DNA of 64,000 nt, from IMG/VR virus record IMGVR_UViG_3300011547_000001; one strand, given 5' to 3'. The notes below the pieces were generated by a model, which saw only the letters and a program-made list of their open reading frames with translations, did not search any database and was not told where the DNA came from. Below, piece by piece: positions 49,592 through 60,496 of the stretch. Position numbers and translations under genes: made by a program. This DNA is from an uncultured virus (IMG/VR IMGVR_UViG_3300011547_000001) (lineage: Duplodnaviria > Heunggongvirae > Uroviricota > Caudoviricetes). The number at the start of each line of letters is the position of its first letter. Within the stretch, counting starts at the first letter, position 1.

Positions 49592-52500
49592 TTATGCCGC
49601 TCTTCGATTTTGGAGGATGCGACGACTGCGTTCCCGTTTGGCGTTTTCCAACAAGGTATCGATGGTAAGCGCACGTGAAGCTTCGGGTGGCAGGATCTTG
49701 CTGAGCTTATGAACCTCTGCCTCCAGCCGCAGAGCCAAGATGTTGTCGTTCGTCTTGAGGAGTTCGTCAGTAAGCGCTTGGATGCGATTCTTAACGTTCT
49801 CGAAGAACTGAACGATACTTGGGTCCAGATCTTTCTCGGCTTTGGTTTTACCCATTGCCAACAGGTTCCTGGTGTCCGACAAACCAATGCCGGTAGGAAT
49901 ACCGTACAGTGGCTTGTTAGCCCCGAGCTTGATGAACCAGTACGTCAGGAGCCACGCAATGACCAAGTCGTCGTGTTGCTTAGCGTCGTGGTCAATACGC
50001 CCGCCTTTGGTACGCAGGTTGATCAGCTCATCTGCTAGCTTGTCGTAGTTGATGCCATAACCCGTGTTGAGCACCGCATCTTGAACCAGCCCGTACAACA
50101 CTTCACGCGACTTCGCATGGGTAACGAAACCGAAGTGTTGTTTGAACTTGAGGTAGAAGTTCTTGTTGCGATACGCAAACTTGGTGTTCTGGACTTCCGC
50201 ATACTCCTTCTGGTTGTTGACTGGGTCTTGGTAGATCGTGTTGTAGATACGGGTGAACGGATCCATTCCTTTGGCTGGGAGGGTGATAAGCAGGTTGTCG
50301 ATCATGTGGTGCGCGTAGTTACGCTCAATGACCAGCATGCTGTTCTTGAGTGTCTCCAGCATGTCCACGATAATCGCCGTCACGTCGTCCAGGAAGGCCA
50401 ACGGATAACGACCCACCCCAATGACCCTGCCTGTCTTCATACTTCGAATAATCAGCGTACAGGCGTCCTTGTTGATCGCTGACGACGTATCCACTCCGAT
50501 GAGGAAGAAGTCGTTGTGCTCCTCCTTACCCATCGTCAACAGCTCTTCCTGCGTATGGAAGAAGTCCATGTAGAGCCCGCTACTCTTGTACTCCTTACTC
50601 CACACTTTGTCGCGCTTGATGTTGTTGATGGCTTCACGAGTTTGGTCGTCGAACACACGGTTCTCGCCGTCCTCAACCCACATGAGCAGCAAGTCGATCT
50701 TTGCCTTACTGACACTGAGGTTAAGCAAGTCGATGGTTTTCTTGACCCAGTTCTTGTCCTTACCGAGCTGGAGGTAGTTATAAACCATCGAGACGGATGG
50801 AGCCGTGGTAGGCTTAGGCGACGCTTTCAGCAAGCGCATCCGGAGATGACTTTCGCTGTAGGAGTCGAAGAACTTCTCCCGCCACTCGGTAGCGTCCATC
50901 AGCTTCTTGAACATGAAGTCACCGCTTGGGTGAAGCGTCGTGTTCGGCGTAGTGATGTGCGCAATGCCGTAAGGTTTGCCTTGTTTCCTGGCGTTCTCCA
51001 TCGCCGTCAGTGCGGAAGGTGCACAGCCGTTGATGATCTCTTCGATAAAGCTGATGTAACTCGATTCGTCGTAGATCGTGGTTTCAACTGTGAGACCCCG
51101 ACCCAAGTCGCCCGCAGCATCCCGTCCCATCTGAGGTACAGAGATCGTCATGGTGTTGACTTGGTCATCACCAAACGCTTTATAGTTCAGGTAGTTACCG
51201 GAGTCCTTGTCCCGCCAGGTTGGGTTAACCAGGTAGGAAGGAATACAGGTCCTGATCTTCTTGATCGCGTCAATGAACTGAGCACGGTTGTCACTTTTCA
51301 GTGTGATCAGGTGGGACTTGTAACCACGGCCGTTGATGTACGTCAGCCAGAAGTTGATGACCTGGACCGATACCGTGTTGTGAGTAACGATGAAATCATC
51401 CGTGATGTACAGCTGATCTTCGTTATCCACTTCGATGCAGGTAGCGGGCTTGTCACCGCAGTACTCGATCTTCTCTACGTAGAGCCGGTTGTAGGAATAC
51501 TCGATAGGCGCTTTGCGGAATTTGAAAGGCCAGCAATTGATGCTGTGGTCCTTCTCATCAAGCTCCAACGGCAGGGTAATCTCGACCTTATCCTTCTTCG
51601 TGGTCGCCGTACCGCCCAGGCCGCGTACCAGATAGGTCACCTGGCCTCTCAGGATCTCGTTGTTGCTCGCAAAGACAAACTTGCGGTAAGACGTACAGCT
51701 TTGGTCCATCAAGCCCCTGAGGAGGCTCAGGCGGTCTTCCAGGCTACCTTCCAAGTAGTCCATCGGCAGACCATGCTTGCGATCGAAACGAAGCTCCTCC
51801 CCATCCTTACGTTTGATGAAGAGCGATTCCCCACCATCGTAAACCTCCAGGTGAGCGGGGCAGTGTGCTTGCAGGTGGTCGACCTGAAGACCACTGTGCT
51901 TCTTCAGCAGGATGTCACCGTGGTACGAAGACCCCGCAACCATTTGACCCATGAAGTATGGATCAATTTGCAGATTGCGTTTAGGGTGATCCATAGCCTT
52001 GATCAACGGCACCATGAACCGTTTACGCCCGCCAGGCTGCGCCAGGTCGGTGATCAGCTGTGCAGTGCTGTAGTCACCCCAGCAACCGGTATCGTTGTCG
52101 TGGAGCGTCCAGAGGTGCTCTGCGCCCACCGTAGTGGTGCGACCGTCACTCATGGTGATCTTGTACAGTCGCATCACACCCTGAGTATGAACACCAATGA
52201 CGTTAGCAACCGAACCGTCTTTACTGATAACCTGGTCGCCAGTACGCAGGTCACCCATGCGCTTCCAGCAACCATCCACATCATTGCCAGGTACACGGAC
52301 CTTGGAATCGTCGTCCTGCATCTTGCCCTGCTGACGAGGCATGATCATGAACGTGGTGATGTGGTTCAACCAACTCCAAATGAAACTGATGTTCCCGCGG
52401 TTAGCCATGAACTGAAGTTCTGGCTTGAGGCGACATACTTCCCGCAGGAAGTACCAGAAGTTAGTCCGGCTCTCTTCGTTGATCCAAACCTTTTGTTCGT

Positions 52501-52879
52501 TGGTCAAGTCTTCCGCATAAGGGTCAACGTTTTCCAACATGGGGTTGTTCAGTTGCAGCAAGAACGCAAAGTTCAGAATGCCTTGTTGCCGGAAGACTTC
52601 AGCTGTACGGATAAACGTCTTGTTGGTGGTACTGGTGTGATGACTTGCCCTGTAACGAACAAAGTCCTTGAGGAAACGAACGGTTTTGATGCTGTGCAGA
52701 CTGTCTTCCCGGAAGTGAGCCAGGATCAACTCATCACGGGTTCGTTTGGTAAAGTCAATCCGATTCGCTTCATCGTCAATCAATTCTTCTGGGAGGTTTT
52801 GTGCCCCCAGATACTCTACAAGCTTCGTGGCATATTCCAACTCCGGATTGGGTAGTTCCGTAGCCGACTCCATAAGCAC
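49592..52879 (-). CDS. terL: Terminase large subunit with intein (phiKZ gp25-like)
   Basis: NFWYFLREV, Walker A PRQQGK|T split by the intein, Walker B IYDE, ITTPN, nuclease motifs GVDTS, IERN and HDDLVIAW. Confidence 0.92.
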   Translation of the reverse strand: MLMESATELPNPELEYATKLVEYLGAQNLPEELIDDEANRIDFTKRTRDELILAHFREDSLHSIKTVRFLKDFVRYRASHHTSTTNKTFIRTAEVFRQQGILNFAFLLQLNNPMLENVDPYAEDLTNEQKVWINEESRTNFWYFLREVCRLKPELQFMANRGNISFIWSWLNHITTFMIMPRQQGKMQDDDSKVRVPGNDVDGCWKRMGDLRTGDQVISKDGSVANVIGVHTQGVMRLYKITMSDGRTTTVGAEHLWTLHDNDTGCWGDYSTAQLITDLAQPGGRKRFMVPLIKAMDHPKRNLQIDPYFMGQMVAGSSYHGDILLKKHSGLQVDHLQAHCPAHLEVYDGGESLFIKRKDGEELRFDRKHGLPMDYLEGSLEDRLSLLRGLMDQSCTSYRKFVFASNNEILRGQVTYLVRGLGGTATTKKDKVEITLPLELDEKDHSINCWPFKFRKAPIEYSYNRLYVEKIEYCGDKPATCIEVDNEDQLYITDDFIVTHNTVSVQVINFWLTYINGRGYKSHLITLKSDNRAQFIDAIKKIRTCIPSYLVNPTWRDKDSGNYLNYKAFGDDQVNTMTISVPQMGRDAAGDLGRGLTVETTIYDESSYISFIEEIINGCAPSALTAMENARKQGKPYGIAHITTPNTTLHPSGDFMFKKLMDATEWREKFFDSYSESHLRMRLLKASPKPTTAPSVSMVYNYLQLGKDKNWVKKTIDLLNLSVSKAKIDLLLMWVEDGENRVFDDQTREAINNIKRDKVWSKEYKSSGLYMDFFHTQEELLTMGKEEHNDFFLIGVDTSSAINKDACTLIIRSMKTGRVIGVGRYPLAFLDDVTAIIVDMLETLKNSMLVIERNYAHHMIDNLLITLPAKGMDPFTRIYNTIYQDPVNNQKEYAEVQNTKFAYRNKNFYLKFKQHFGFVTHAKSREVLYGLVQDAVLNTGYGINYDKLADELINLRTKGGRIDHDAKQHDDLVIAWLLTYWFIKLGANKPLYGIPTGIGLSDTRNLLAMGKTKAEKDLDPSIVQFFENVKNRIQALTDELLKTNDNILALRLEAEVHKLSKILPPEASRALTIDTLLENAKRERSRRILQNRRAA
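51377..52321 (-). mobile_element. Intein (315 aa, Met1, class-3-type W-C-T signature, degenerate LAGLIDADG) in the terminase Walker A motif
   Basis: GK|MQDDDSKV ... GAEHLW ... PATCIEV ... IVTHN|T. Confidence 0.9.
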
Positions 52880-52950
52880 CTCTGAAAAATCGAAACGCGG
52901 TTAAGAGCTGGCGCCCGGGGTTTTACCCCCGGGGCTGCTTGTTCATAAAA

Positions 52951-54651
52951 TTAAGCGAGTTCTACGGTGACGCCGGTTGCCGCGAGCTGGAACGTGGTGC
53001 CATCAGCTTCTTTGTACAGCCAGTTGATGTACCAGGTCTTGCCTTTCTGGAACTCGATCGGGAACAGGTTGTTCTTGTTCCAGTCAGCAACGCTGAACTG
53101 CCAGCGACGGGAGTCTTCATGCACCAGCTCGAAGTGAGTCGGAGTAGGTGCAATCTCCTCATCCCACACGTCGTACGACGGATCGACTTTCCAGTACAGC
53201 CGGTCAAGCCAAGCAGCCTGGTTAGCAGCGCCGTTGGTCAGGTTGAAGGTGGTGCTCGTACCGTTGTTGCTGGCAACGAGTACGCCCGCCTGATAGGTAG
53301 GCTTGCCGTAAGCGTAGTTCACCGTCCAACGAGTACCTGGACCGTTGATGTCTTTCAGCAATACGATTTCGGTGTGCTGAACAAAGGTCAGACTCTCGTA
53401 GGTTTGAGCCACGTCCTTCAGGTTGAGGTTGAACACCATGCTCTGCGCAACACCGTACGACTTCTCACGCCACGGAGGACTGGTGTCCCCGATAGTGACT
53501 TGATCGGTAACCTCGACGAAGGTCTTGCGGTCCAGGTCGTACAGGAAGTGCTGGAGACGATAACCACCCAGCACCGCACTCCATTGCGGGTACGTGTAGA
53601 TCTTCGGACTGTACGCGCCCTTAACAGCACCGGCCTGGAACGTGTAGATCCGAGACTTGTGGTTGGGGCTACCTGGATCTGCGATGAGCAACTGCTCATT
53701 CTCATCGAGCGCAAGGGTGAGGTTGACCTTAGCCGTTTGCCCCGGCGCTTTCGGACGGTACTCTTCCAGACCGTGCAGCGTGAAACGACCACCGTTGACA
53801 GGCTCCGGTTCAGAGACCCCGCCGTCGGAATAGTGGATCACCGCACGCAGTTCGATGGACGCCAGGTTAGGATCACCGATGTTGGTGAACCATGGCGACA
53901 GCAGCTCGACTTCCTCGATGTAGCGGATGCCGATGCGGTGGTCGCGCATGTACGCCGAATGCTGGACCATCACCGGCTGAGCGCTCGGGATGAACTCACC
54001 CCCTTGGTCGTAGAAGCATAGCGTGCAACGACGGCCATTGCTCAGAGACTGTTCGTTCTCGGTAACGCTGAACTGCCCGGTGGTCATGATGTTGGCATTG
54101 GTGTAACCGTTGATCGCCGCCAGAACGGTAGGGACCTGGTTCTTAAGCAATGCGCCGCTACTGCTGTACTGTGCGCTGATGATCTTGCCACCACCGTCCT
54201 TGTCGATGTTGTCCCCGAGGAACAGCAATGCGTACGCAGCGCCTGGGCGCATGATGGTGGAGTCAATGCGCGCCACGTTAGGACGAACACTGAAGTCGAT
54301 CGACAACAGTGCTTCACCCAGCCCGGGACCATTACGAGGACCGAAGATCCAGTCCTGGTCAGTGGTGCCGTCGCCCACATCTTCCGAATGCCACAGGATC
54401 ATGGTGGACCGCAGAGTAGCTTGCCAGTCCACGTGGGTGACCATGAAAGTGCGGAAGCCAGGTGGGTCGTACACCAGCTCCTCTTCCAGAGGCACGACGT
54501 ACTTGTGCAGGTCGTCGATGGGGTGTACGTCGGGATTGAAAATGTCCCGCAGGTAATACGGACCCATCCGTTCACCCTTGTTGCGGGAGTTAGCCACCAG
54601 CGCGGCAACAGCCCCCGATACCGTACTGCTGTTGGGCAATTTATCAAACAT
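52951..54651 (-). CDS. Virion structural protein (phiKZ gp26-like)
   Basis: 566 aa, beta-rich, between terL and the tail sheath gene. Confidence 0.65.
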   Translation of the reverse strand: MFDKLPNSSTVSGAVAALVANSRNKGERMGPYYLRDIFNPDVHPIDDLHKYVVPLEEELVYDPPGFRTFMVTHVDWQATLRSTMILWHSEDVGDGTTDQDWIFGPRNGPGLGEALLSIDFSVRPNVARIDSTIMRPGAAYALLFLGDNIDKDGGGKIISAQYSSSGALLKNQVPTVLAAINGYTNANIMTTGQFSVTENEQSLSNGRRCTLCFYDQGGEFIPSAQPVMVQHSAYMRDHRIGIRYIEEVELLSPWFTNIGDPNLASIELRAVIHYSDGGVSEPEPVNGGRFTLHGLEEYRPKAPGQTAKVNLTLALDENEQLLIADPGSPNHKSRIYTFQAGAVKGAYSPKIYTYPQWSAVLGGYRLQHFLYDLDRKTFVEVTDQVTIGDTSPPWREKSYGVAQSMVFNLNLKDVAQTYESLTFVQHTEIVLLKDINGPGTRWTVNYAYGKPTYQAGVLVASNNGTSTTFNLTNGAANQAAWLDRLYWKVDPSYDVWDEEIAPTPTHFELVHEDSRRWQFSVADWNKNNLFPIEFQKGKTWYINWLYKEADGTTFQLAATGVTVELA

Positions 54652-57313
54652 TGTTGTTTACCTCGAAGTGGCCCTCGATTGCACAGACAGAGTCCAAGTA
54701 CAGATCGTTAACCTGTTTGATGAACATGAGTTGGATGGCTTTCACCGTGAGCTTCTCGTAGTTCGCATACGGCAAGATTGCGAAGTAACGACGATCGAAT
54801 TTCAGAGGGATAGGGTCAAACGCCAACCACCACTCGTAAGACTTCAATGCCTCACGAATATCCTGGTTGTTGAACGCCGTCTCTCCCCCTACCAACTCAG
54901 GGATGGTGATGAGACCATTCTTCACACCGTTTACCACGACGTTCATGAACGGACTGAACAACAGGTACTTGTCCTGCAAGTTCGGGAGGACTGGAACGCC
55001 AGACCCAACGGGACGAACGGGTTGGTTAACTTCCCAGTGGATCTCCTCGGCATTGGACTGCGGTTTAGGTAACCACCGGGTCAGGTAATCACTTACCCGC
55101 GAGTCGACCTCACGACTGCGTTGTTTACCTGGGTAGTTGTCGTAGTTCTCCACGAAACGAATCGGGCAGTGGACATGCTTAACCATGTACGGCCGACCGT
55201 TCAACGGGTCCCATTGATCGTCAGGTACTTCACGCTCAGCCCGTGGTACTTCGTCCGTAGGGATCAGCGATCCATAAATAACCGTACGAGTAACTCGATC
55301 AGCACGCAGGTTGTAACGATCAAAACGGCCAATAACACCACCGTCAACAAACCCAAGCTCTGTCTCATCGTTCGGGTTATCCGGGCCAGCTTTAAAGCCA
55401 AACGCCCTAACCATGATCGTCTGTGCACCTTCAACGATGAACTCCTTGCTGATGATGTAGCAGTACTTATCCTTGTACAGCCAGTCAACCTTGTCGACCA
55501 AGCACTTCCCGTTGAGCCAGATATCCACCTGGGCAAATGGGATCGGGAAGATCAACCCACCTGGCGCGTAGATGTGAGTCAACGCAAAGGCTAGGCTGTG
55601 GTCGATGTGATCCAGTTGGAACTCGTAGGCCAACGTACCCCGGTTGTACAGGATAATACCGCGTTGGTTAACCTTGTTGAGTCCTACCCAAATCAATCGC
55701 CCATTAACGATCTTGTAAATCGAGGCATTCCCAGTAACGTCAGTCAGCTCACCTACCAGCCCGCCAGTGTTGATACTGTACGCACTGACGTAAACACGGA
55801 TGTCATAAGTCTTATCAACATCGGTGTCTTGGTTGGTTACCGTGTAGTCCAACTCACGCCCGGAATGACCCAAGGTGAATTCAACCAACTTACACGCCGG
55901 ACTGACAGGCGAGTAGTAACGCTGGTTGCTGACGTTCCAGTAGCCGATGAGGTGACCATTCTCATCATGCTCCCAGGCCGTGAACATGTCACGGTAGGTA
56001 AGCGGAACTTCAATGCCACGACCCCCTACCTGATACGTAGCCCTGATCGGGGTTTCACTCAGCACGCGCGTAGCGGCGTTGTAGCCCACGGAGAGCAACG
56101 CATCGTCCTTCTTGATCTTGCCGTACTGCCTGCGCAGCAAATCGATCACAGGACCCCGTTCCAGGCCGTCAGCAGTCCACTCAGCCATGTTCGCCCGCTC
56201 ACCGGTAAACGCCTTGACGATATCCTCGTCAGACATACGGTACAGATAGCGAAGCCGCTGGTGCTCATGAGGCCAGGTGATCTTCCAGTCGGTTTCACGG
56301 ATCAATACCATGACCCGCAGCTTGGTCAGATCATTCAGTTCACGGACGTAGGTGGAAGCTTGTTGAATCACGTCGTCCGCAATACTGACGTCCACATGGG
56401 TCAACTGCCGAATGGTTCCCACGCTGTTACGGTTCAGGTAAAGGGCCTTACCGCCTGGACTGAGCAGGTAGTAATCGTTGTCGTCGAAGTAACGCAACGT
56501 GAAATCACCAGGGCGCTTGGGTGGATGCAGGATCACCTTGCGCTTCTTATCCAGCTCGGAATAGAAGTCCTTCAAACTGGAGTACTGGTAGATCTCTTGA
56601 CGAATGACAGTAGGGTCGTGCCAGATTTCAACGATATCCCCGATCTTGAGACCGGTGATTTCGTTTGGTGCTCCAGGCATCAAAACACCATTGAGGAACG
56701 TCCCGGTGAAACCAGGCATGGCTTTGAATTTGAGGTAGCGTGCCGTGATAACCGGGATTTCTGACGCTTTCTCGAACACCATGGTTTCGTAAATGAACGG
56801 ATTACCCGTTTCATCCATGGCCTGTTCGCCAACAGAGATCTGCTGGCTAGGGCCGTAAGTCCGGAAGTACATGGTCTCGTTGGGCTGGAAGGGGAAACTG
56901 CGAAGCTTCTCCAGAGCGATCAGCGTCAGGCCGTCCTGAGTGCTCATGACCCAGGCGTTGCTACGGCTGTACTGGAAACCCCGCTCGCCGTAGATGTCCA
57001 GCTGGATACCACGGGCCTTGGCCAACTGACCCAAGTTCAACCAACGATCGAACGGATTGCGTCGGTTGGTGTGGTTCATGAAGTTCCAGTAACCAGGCAC
57101 CAGACCCCCCACGCTGAAAACGTGGAAGTAACGCTTAGGGTGCGGCAGGCTACGCCACTGGCGCATGTAACCGAAGTTACCGTTAACCCCAAACTCACCA
57201 GAGATACGCACCATCTTTACCTGGTACTGCTGGTTCTCCTCTGGGTTACTCCAGAGGTTCTTCTCGATATACTCCACTAATGGCGTGGAGTCTTCGGTAG
57301 TTCTCGTGGCCAT
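54644..57313 (-). CDS. Virion structural protein (phiKZ gp27-like)
   Basis: 889 aa, syntenic position. Confidence 0.65.
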   Translation of the reverse strand: MATRTTEDSTPLVEYIEKNLWSNPEENQQYQVKMVRISGEFGVNGNFGYMRQWRSLPHPKRYFHVFSVGGLVPGYWNFMNHTNRRNPFDRWLNLGQLAKARGIQLDIYGERGFQYSRSNAWVMSTQDGLTLIALEKLRSFPFQPNETMYFRTYGPSQQISVGEQAMDETGNPFIYETMVFEKASEIPVITARYLKFKAMPGFTGTFLNGVLMPGAPNEITGLKIGDIVEIWHDPTVIRQEIYQYSSLKDFYSELDKKRKVILHPPKRPGDFTLRYFDDNDYYLLSPGGKALYLNRNSVGTIRQLTHVDVSIADDVIQQASTYVRELNDLTKLRVMVLIRETDWKITWPHEHQRLRYLYRMSDEDIVKAFTGERANMAEWTADGLERGPVIDLLRRQYGKIKKDDALLSVGYNAATRVLSETPIRATYQVGGRGIEVPLTYRDMFTAWEHDENGHLIGYWNVSNQRYYSPVSPACKLVEFTLGHSGRELDYTVTNQDTDVDKTYDIRVYVSAYSINTGGLVGELTDVTGNASIYKIVNGRLIWVGLNKVNQRGIILYNRGTLAYEFQLDHIDHSLAFALTHIYAPGGLIFPIPFAQVDIWLNGKCLVDKVDWLYKDKYCYIISKEFIVEGAQTIMVRAFGFKAGPDNPNDETELGFVDGGVIGRFDRYNLRADRVTRTVIYGSLIPTDEVPRAEREVPDDQWDPLNGRPYMVKHVHCPIRFVENYDNYPGKQRSREVDSRVSDYLTRWLPKPQSNAEEIHWEVNQPVRPVGSGVPVLPNLQDKYLLFSPFMNVVVNGVKNGLITIPELVGGETAFNNQDIREALKSYEWWLAFDPIPLKFDRRYFAILPYANYEKLTVKAIQLMFIKQVNDLYLDSVCAIEGHFEVNNNV

Positions 57314-57318
57314 AGGGG

Positions 57319-58197
57319 CTACCCTTGGAGGTCATAAGCGAAGTCGATGTTCTTGGTGAACGATTCGAGCGTCCCTTTGTTGTACTTGGGATCCAGGGCT
57401 GCGCCCAATGGAGTTTTTTGATAGGCACGGAAGCGAGCCGCGCCGTACACCAGCGCCGTGAACAGGCAAGGCGCCTCACAAGCAGCAGCAATAACCTTAC
57501 TACCGATGGAGTTGAACGTAATACCTCCAACCAGCTGAGTGAAGTCCACCATGGTGACGGTCTTCAGCTTGAACAAGATGGGGTTCTGGTGAATGGCACT
57601 GAGCAGATCACCCAGCAGGGACATACGAGGGAGATCCTCGATCACCGCCAGGATAGCACCCTTCTCGCAGCCGTAGATGGAACGAATGACGTTGATCCCC
57701 ACCAGTTGCAGGTCGGTGTCGTTCTCTTCTTCCAGACTGACGAAGAAGTAGGCCAACAGGATCTTCAGGGTGAGCATCTCGTTAGGAGACAGGTGGGCTT
57801 TGAAACTCATGCGCGAGCTGATGGATTCAGCAAACGCCTTGGAGGCCAGCAACCGACCATTCTTCAGGTTGGTTACGTTGCCTTCGGCCACGTCCTGTTG
57901 GAAGAACGCGGCCAGCCGCATGATGGTGATTTCTTCCGGCTTGAGGATCTGGTTGCTTTTGTTACGGTAAGGGCGTTCGTCGTAGACGGTGATCGTCTTT
58001 CGGTTGTACCCCTGGAACGTCATGGGGAACATGAAAATGCTAACCGGCGTATCACCTTCGTTGGTGATTACGAACACACCTTCCTTTTTGGTGGGGGTCA
58101 AGTTGCGACTGATGTGCAACTCGGCGATGGTCGATTCCACTTTATCGATGGCTTTATTTACCTTCCCGACCGTCGTATCGTACGCGTTGATGAGCAT
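57319..58197 (-). CDS. Conserved protein (phiKZ gp28-like)
   Basis: 292 aa, divergent from the sheath gene. Confidence 0.65.
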   Translation of the reverse strand: MLINAYDTTVGKVNKAIDKVESTIAELHISRNLTPTKKEGVFVITNEGDTPVSIFMFPMTFQGYNRKTITVYDERPYRNKSNQILKPEEITIMRLAAFFQQDVAEGNVTNLKNGRLLASKAFAESISSRMSFKAHLSPNEMLTLKILLAYFFVSLEEENDTDLQLVGINVIRSIYGCEKGAILAVIEDLPRMSLLGDLLSAIHQNPILFKLKTVTMVDFTQLVGGITFNSIGSKVIAAACEAPCLFTALVYGAARFRAYQKTPLGAALDPKYNKGTLESFTKNIDFAYDLQG

Positions 58198-58313
58198 AGG
58201 TGAATCCTTGAAAATAATATGTTATGTGCCAGTGGTAGATTACACTGAACGGTCCAGAAATGGCTTGCATACGATTGTTTTAGGACACCCCCAGAACACT
58301 TACGAGGTTCTCC

Positions 58314-60482
58314 ATGACGACTGTCAACAGCAGCATCATTCCGGGGAAGGTGAACAACAACGGGATCAACGATATGTCGATCCCGTCGCGCACCACGGCG
58401 GCCCCGCCATCCCCGCTCCACAACCCTGTACTCACCCTGGTCACCCCCAAAGGAGAACTGGCTGAAGACGTGGGTACCGTTTGGATCAACGTATCCGAAA
58501 TTGTTCCACGTTTCGGCAACGTTCTCGATCCACAATCGCCGTACTACAACCCTACCGCGCTGCTGATCAGTCAGCTGTCGGCGGGCGGTCAGGCGTCGGT
58601 TGGTATTCGTCGTGTATCGGCGAACAAGGAAGTATCGCGCACTGCGATGTCGGCCTTCCTCCAGAAGCACGAAGTACCTGTGTACGAGCGTGACGCCGCA
58701 GGTAACTTCGTTTACGACGGCAACGGCGACAAGATCCCGACCGGTGAGACCATCACCGTGGGTGCTTCCCTGGTCATCAAACCTGACCCGGAAGCCAAGA
58801 ACAAACGCCCTGGGCAACTGGTCCGCCGTACCATCGCGGCCATTCCTGCCAACGGTGAAACCGCGGCTGTTCCTGAAACCTACGTCTTCCCGATGTTCGA
58901 GGGCATCTGTGGCGTGGGCGAGGAGTACAACCGCGGCGGCATGAACATGGGTATCAACTCGGACCCAATGTCGCAGCGCAACATCGCGGCATTCGTTCGC
59001 AAGACCGGTGTGTATCCGTTCCAACTGCGTACCTTCACCGAAAACGCCCTGGGTATCCGTACCTACACCAAGACTGCTGACCGTCGCGAAGTTGTGGATT
59101 TCACGCTGTTCGAAACCACCTACAACAACACCGACTTCAGCATCGCCCGTGGCTTCGGTGAATTCACCGGCACCAACGCCAACCGCAAGGTCACCCCGCG
59201 TCCGGCGCCGTACAACTCGGTTCACGTCTACAAGGAAAACATCGATGTCCTGATGCAGACCCTGTACGCGATTGAGAAGCCGCACAACGACACCCTGCTG
59301 GAAGTCGGTTCGCTGCACTACCAGCAAATGAACCCGTTCACCCTGACCAACCACAACGGCATTCCGTACCACGCCATCGTCTCCGGCGATCCAGGCGTTG
59401 TGTGGGACATGTCGGGTGCGGTCCGTGCGACTGGTGGCGTTCTGCCGTTCTACCAAGCCAACGGTCAGCTGCCTGACTACGTGGACGAAATCGTCGTTGA
59501 CGATCCGTTCGGCGTGTTGGCCGGTGTTCGCTTCCCGATCAGCCCGGCGCAAGCCTGGCAGGCGAGCAACCACATGGTCAAGTCGGACATGCAGGCTTAC
59601 CTGGATGGCGCCGAGACCAAAAACTACACCAAGAACCGCCAGTCCTTCTGGTGGGACGTCGGCTACTCGATGGAAGTCAAGGAACTGGCCCTGCAACTCC
59701 TGGCCAGCCGGAAAGACATCATCGTGATGCTCGATGCGACGGTGTGGAAACCGGGCGAAACCAACACCCTCGGCGAGATCTACTCCCGTGCAACCTCCCT
59801 GGTCACCCAGGCGCGGCTGTATCCGGAATCCGAGAAGTGGGGTACCGCTTCCTGTCGTTGCGCGATCAACCTGATCGAGGCGAAGCTGACCGACGAGAAG
59901 ACCGGGGATTACTTCTCCATGAACCTCGACCTGGCGTATGCCTTCGCGCTGTTTGCAGGCAACAACGCCGGCGTGGTTCGTGCGGCGTTCAACCCGGACT
60001 CCGACGACAACCGCAACCTGCGCACCATGCACTCCCCGAACATCGAGTTCGAGGACGATCCGATCGCGGCGAACAACTTCGACATCGGTGCTCTCACCCT
60101 GCGTCCGAACGACACCGGCGGCCTCTTCCGGCCGGCGCTCATCACGGTGTACTCGGATCCGGACTCGGTCCTCAAAGACCTGGTCAGCGTCTTCATGTGC
60201 GTCTGCATCGAGAAGATCGCACAGGACGAGTGGAACTATCTCACCGGCTCCACCAACAAGAGTTCCACTACCTATGCGGCCGACTACAAGGATGGCGTGG
60301 AACGTAAGTGCCGCGACCGCCTGGGTGGTGTGGTTCGTCAAGTCGTGGTCGATGCGTCCTTCGCTGAAGGTACTGTGGGTAGCCGCGCTGTGATGAACAG
60401 CATCGGTCACGCCTGGTTCAACAAGGCGAAGTACATGATGAACCTCGATCTGTTCGCCTACAACGAACAAGATCTCGCCTAA
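58314..60482 (+). CDS. Contractile tail sheath protein (phiKZ gp29-like)
   Basis: 722 aa, WWDVGYS, LYPESEKWGT, strongly biased codons, followed by a tube-sized gene. Confidence 0.8.
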   Translation: MTTVNSSIIPGKVNNNGINDMSIPSRTTAAPPSPLHNPVLTLVTPKGELAEDVGTVWINVSEIVPRFGNVLDPQSPYYNPTALLISQLSAGGQASVGIRRVSANKEVSRTAMSAFLQKHEVPVYERDAAGNFVYDGNGDKIPTGETITVGASLVIKPDPEAKNKRPGQLVRRTIAAIPANGETAAVPETYVFPMFEGICGVGEEYNRGGMNMGINSDPMSQRNIAAFVRKTGVYPFQLRTFTENALGIRTYTKTADRREVVDFTLFETTYNNTDFSIARGFGEFTGTNANRKVTPRPAPYNSVHVYKENIDVLMQTLYAIEKPHNDTLLEVGSLHYQQMNPFTLTNHNGIPYHAIVSGDPGVVWDMSGAVRATGGVLPFYQANGQLPDYVDEIVVDDPFGVLAGVRFPISPAQAWQASNHMVKSDMQAYLDGAETKNYTKNRQSFWWDVGYSMEVKELALQLLASRKDIIVMLDATVWKPGETNTLGEIYSRATSLVTQARLYPESEKWGTASCRCAINLIEAKLTDEKTGDYFSMNLDLAYAFALFAGNNAGVVRAAFNPDSDDNRNLRTMHSPNIEFEDDPIAANNFDIGALTLRPNDTGGLFRPALITVYSDPDSVLKDLVSVFMCVCIEKIAQDEWNYLTGSTNKSSTTYAADYKDGVERKCRDRLGGVVRQVVVDASFAEGTVGSRAVMNSIGHAWFNKAKYMMNLDLFAYNEQDLA

Positions 60483-60496
60483 GGGGGTAAGAACCA

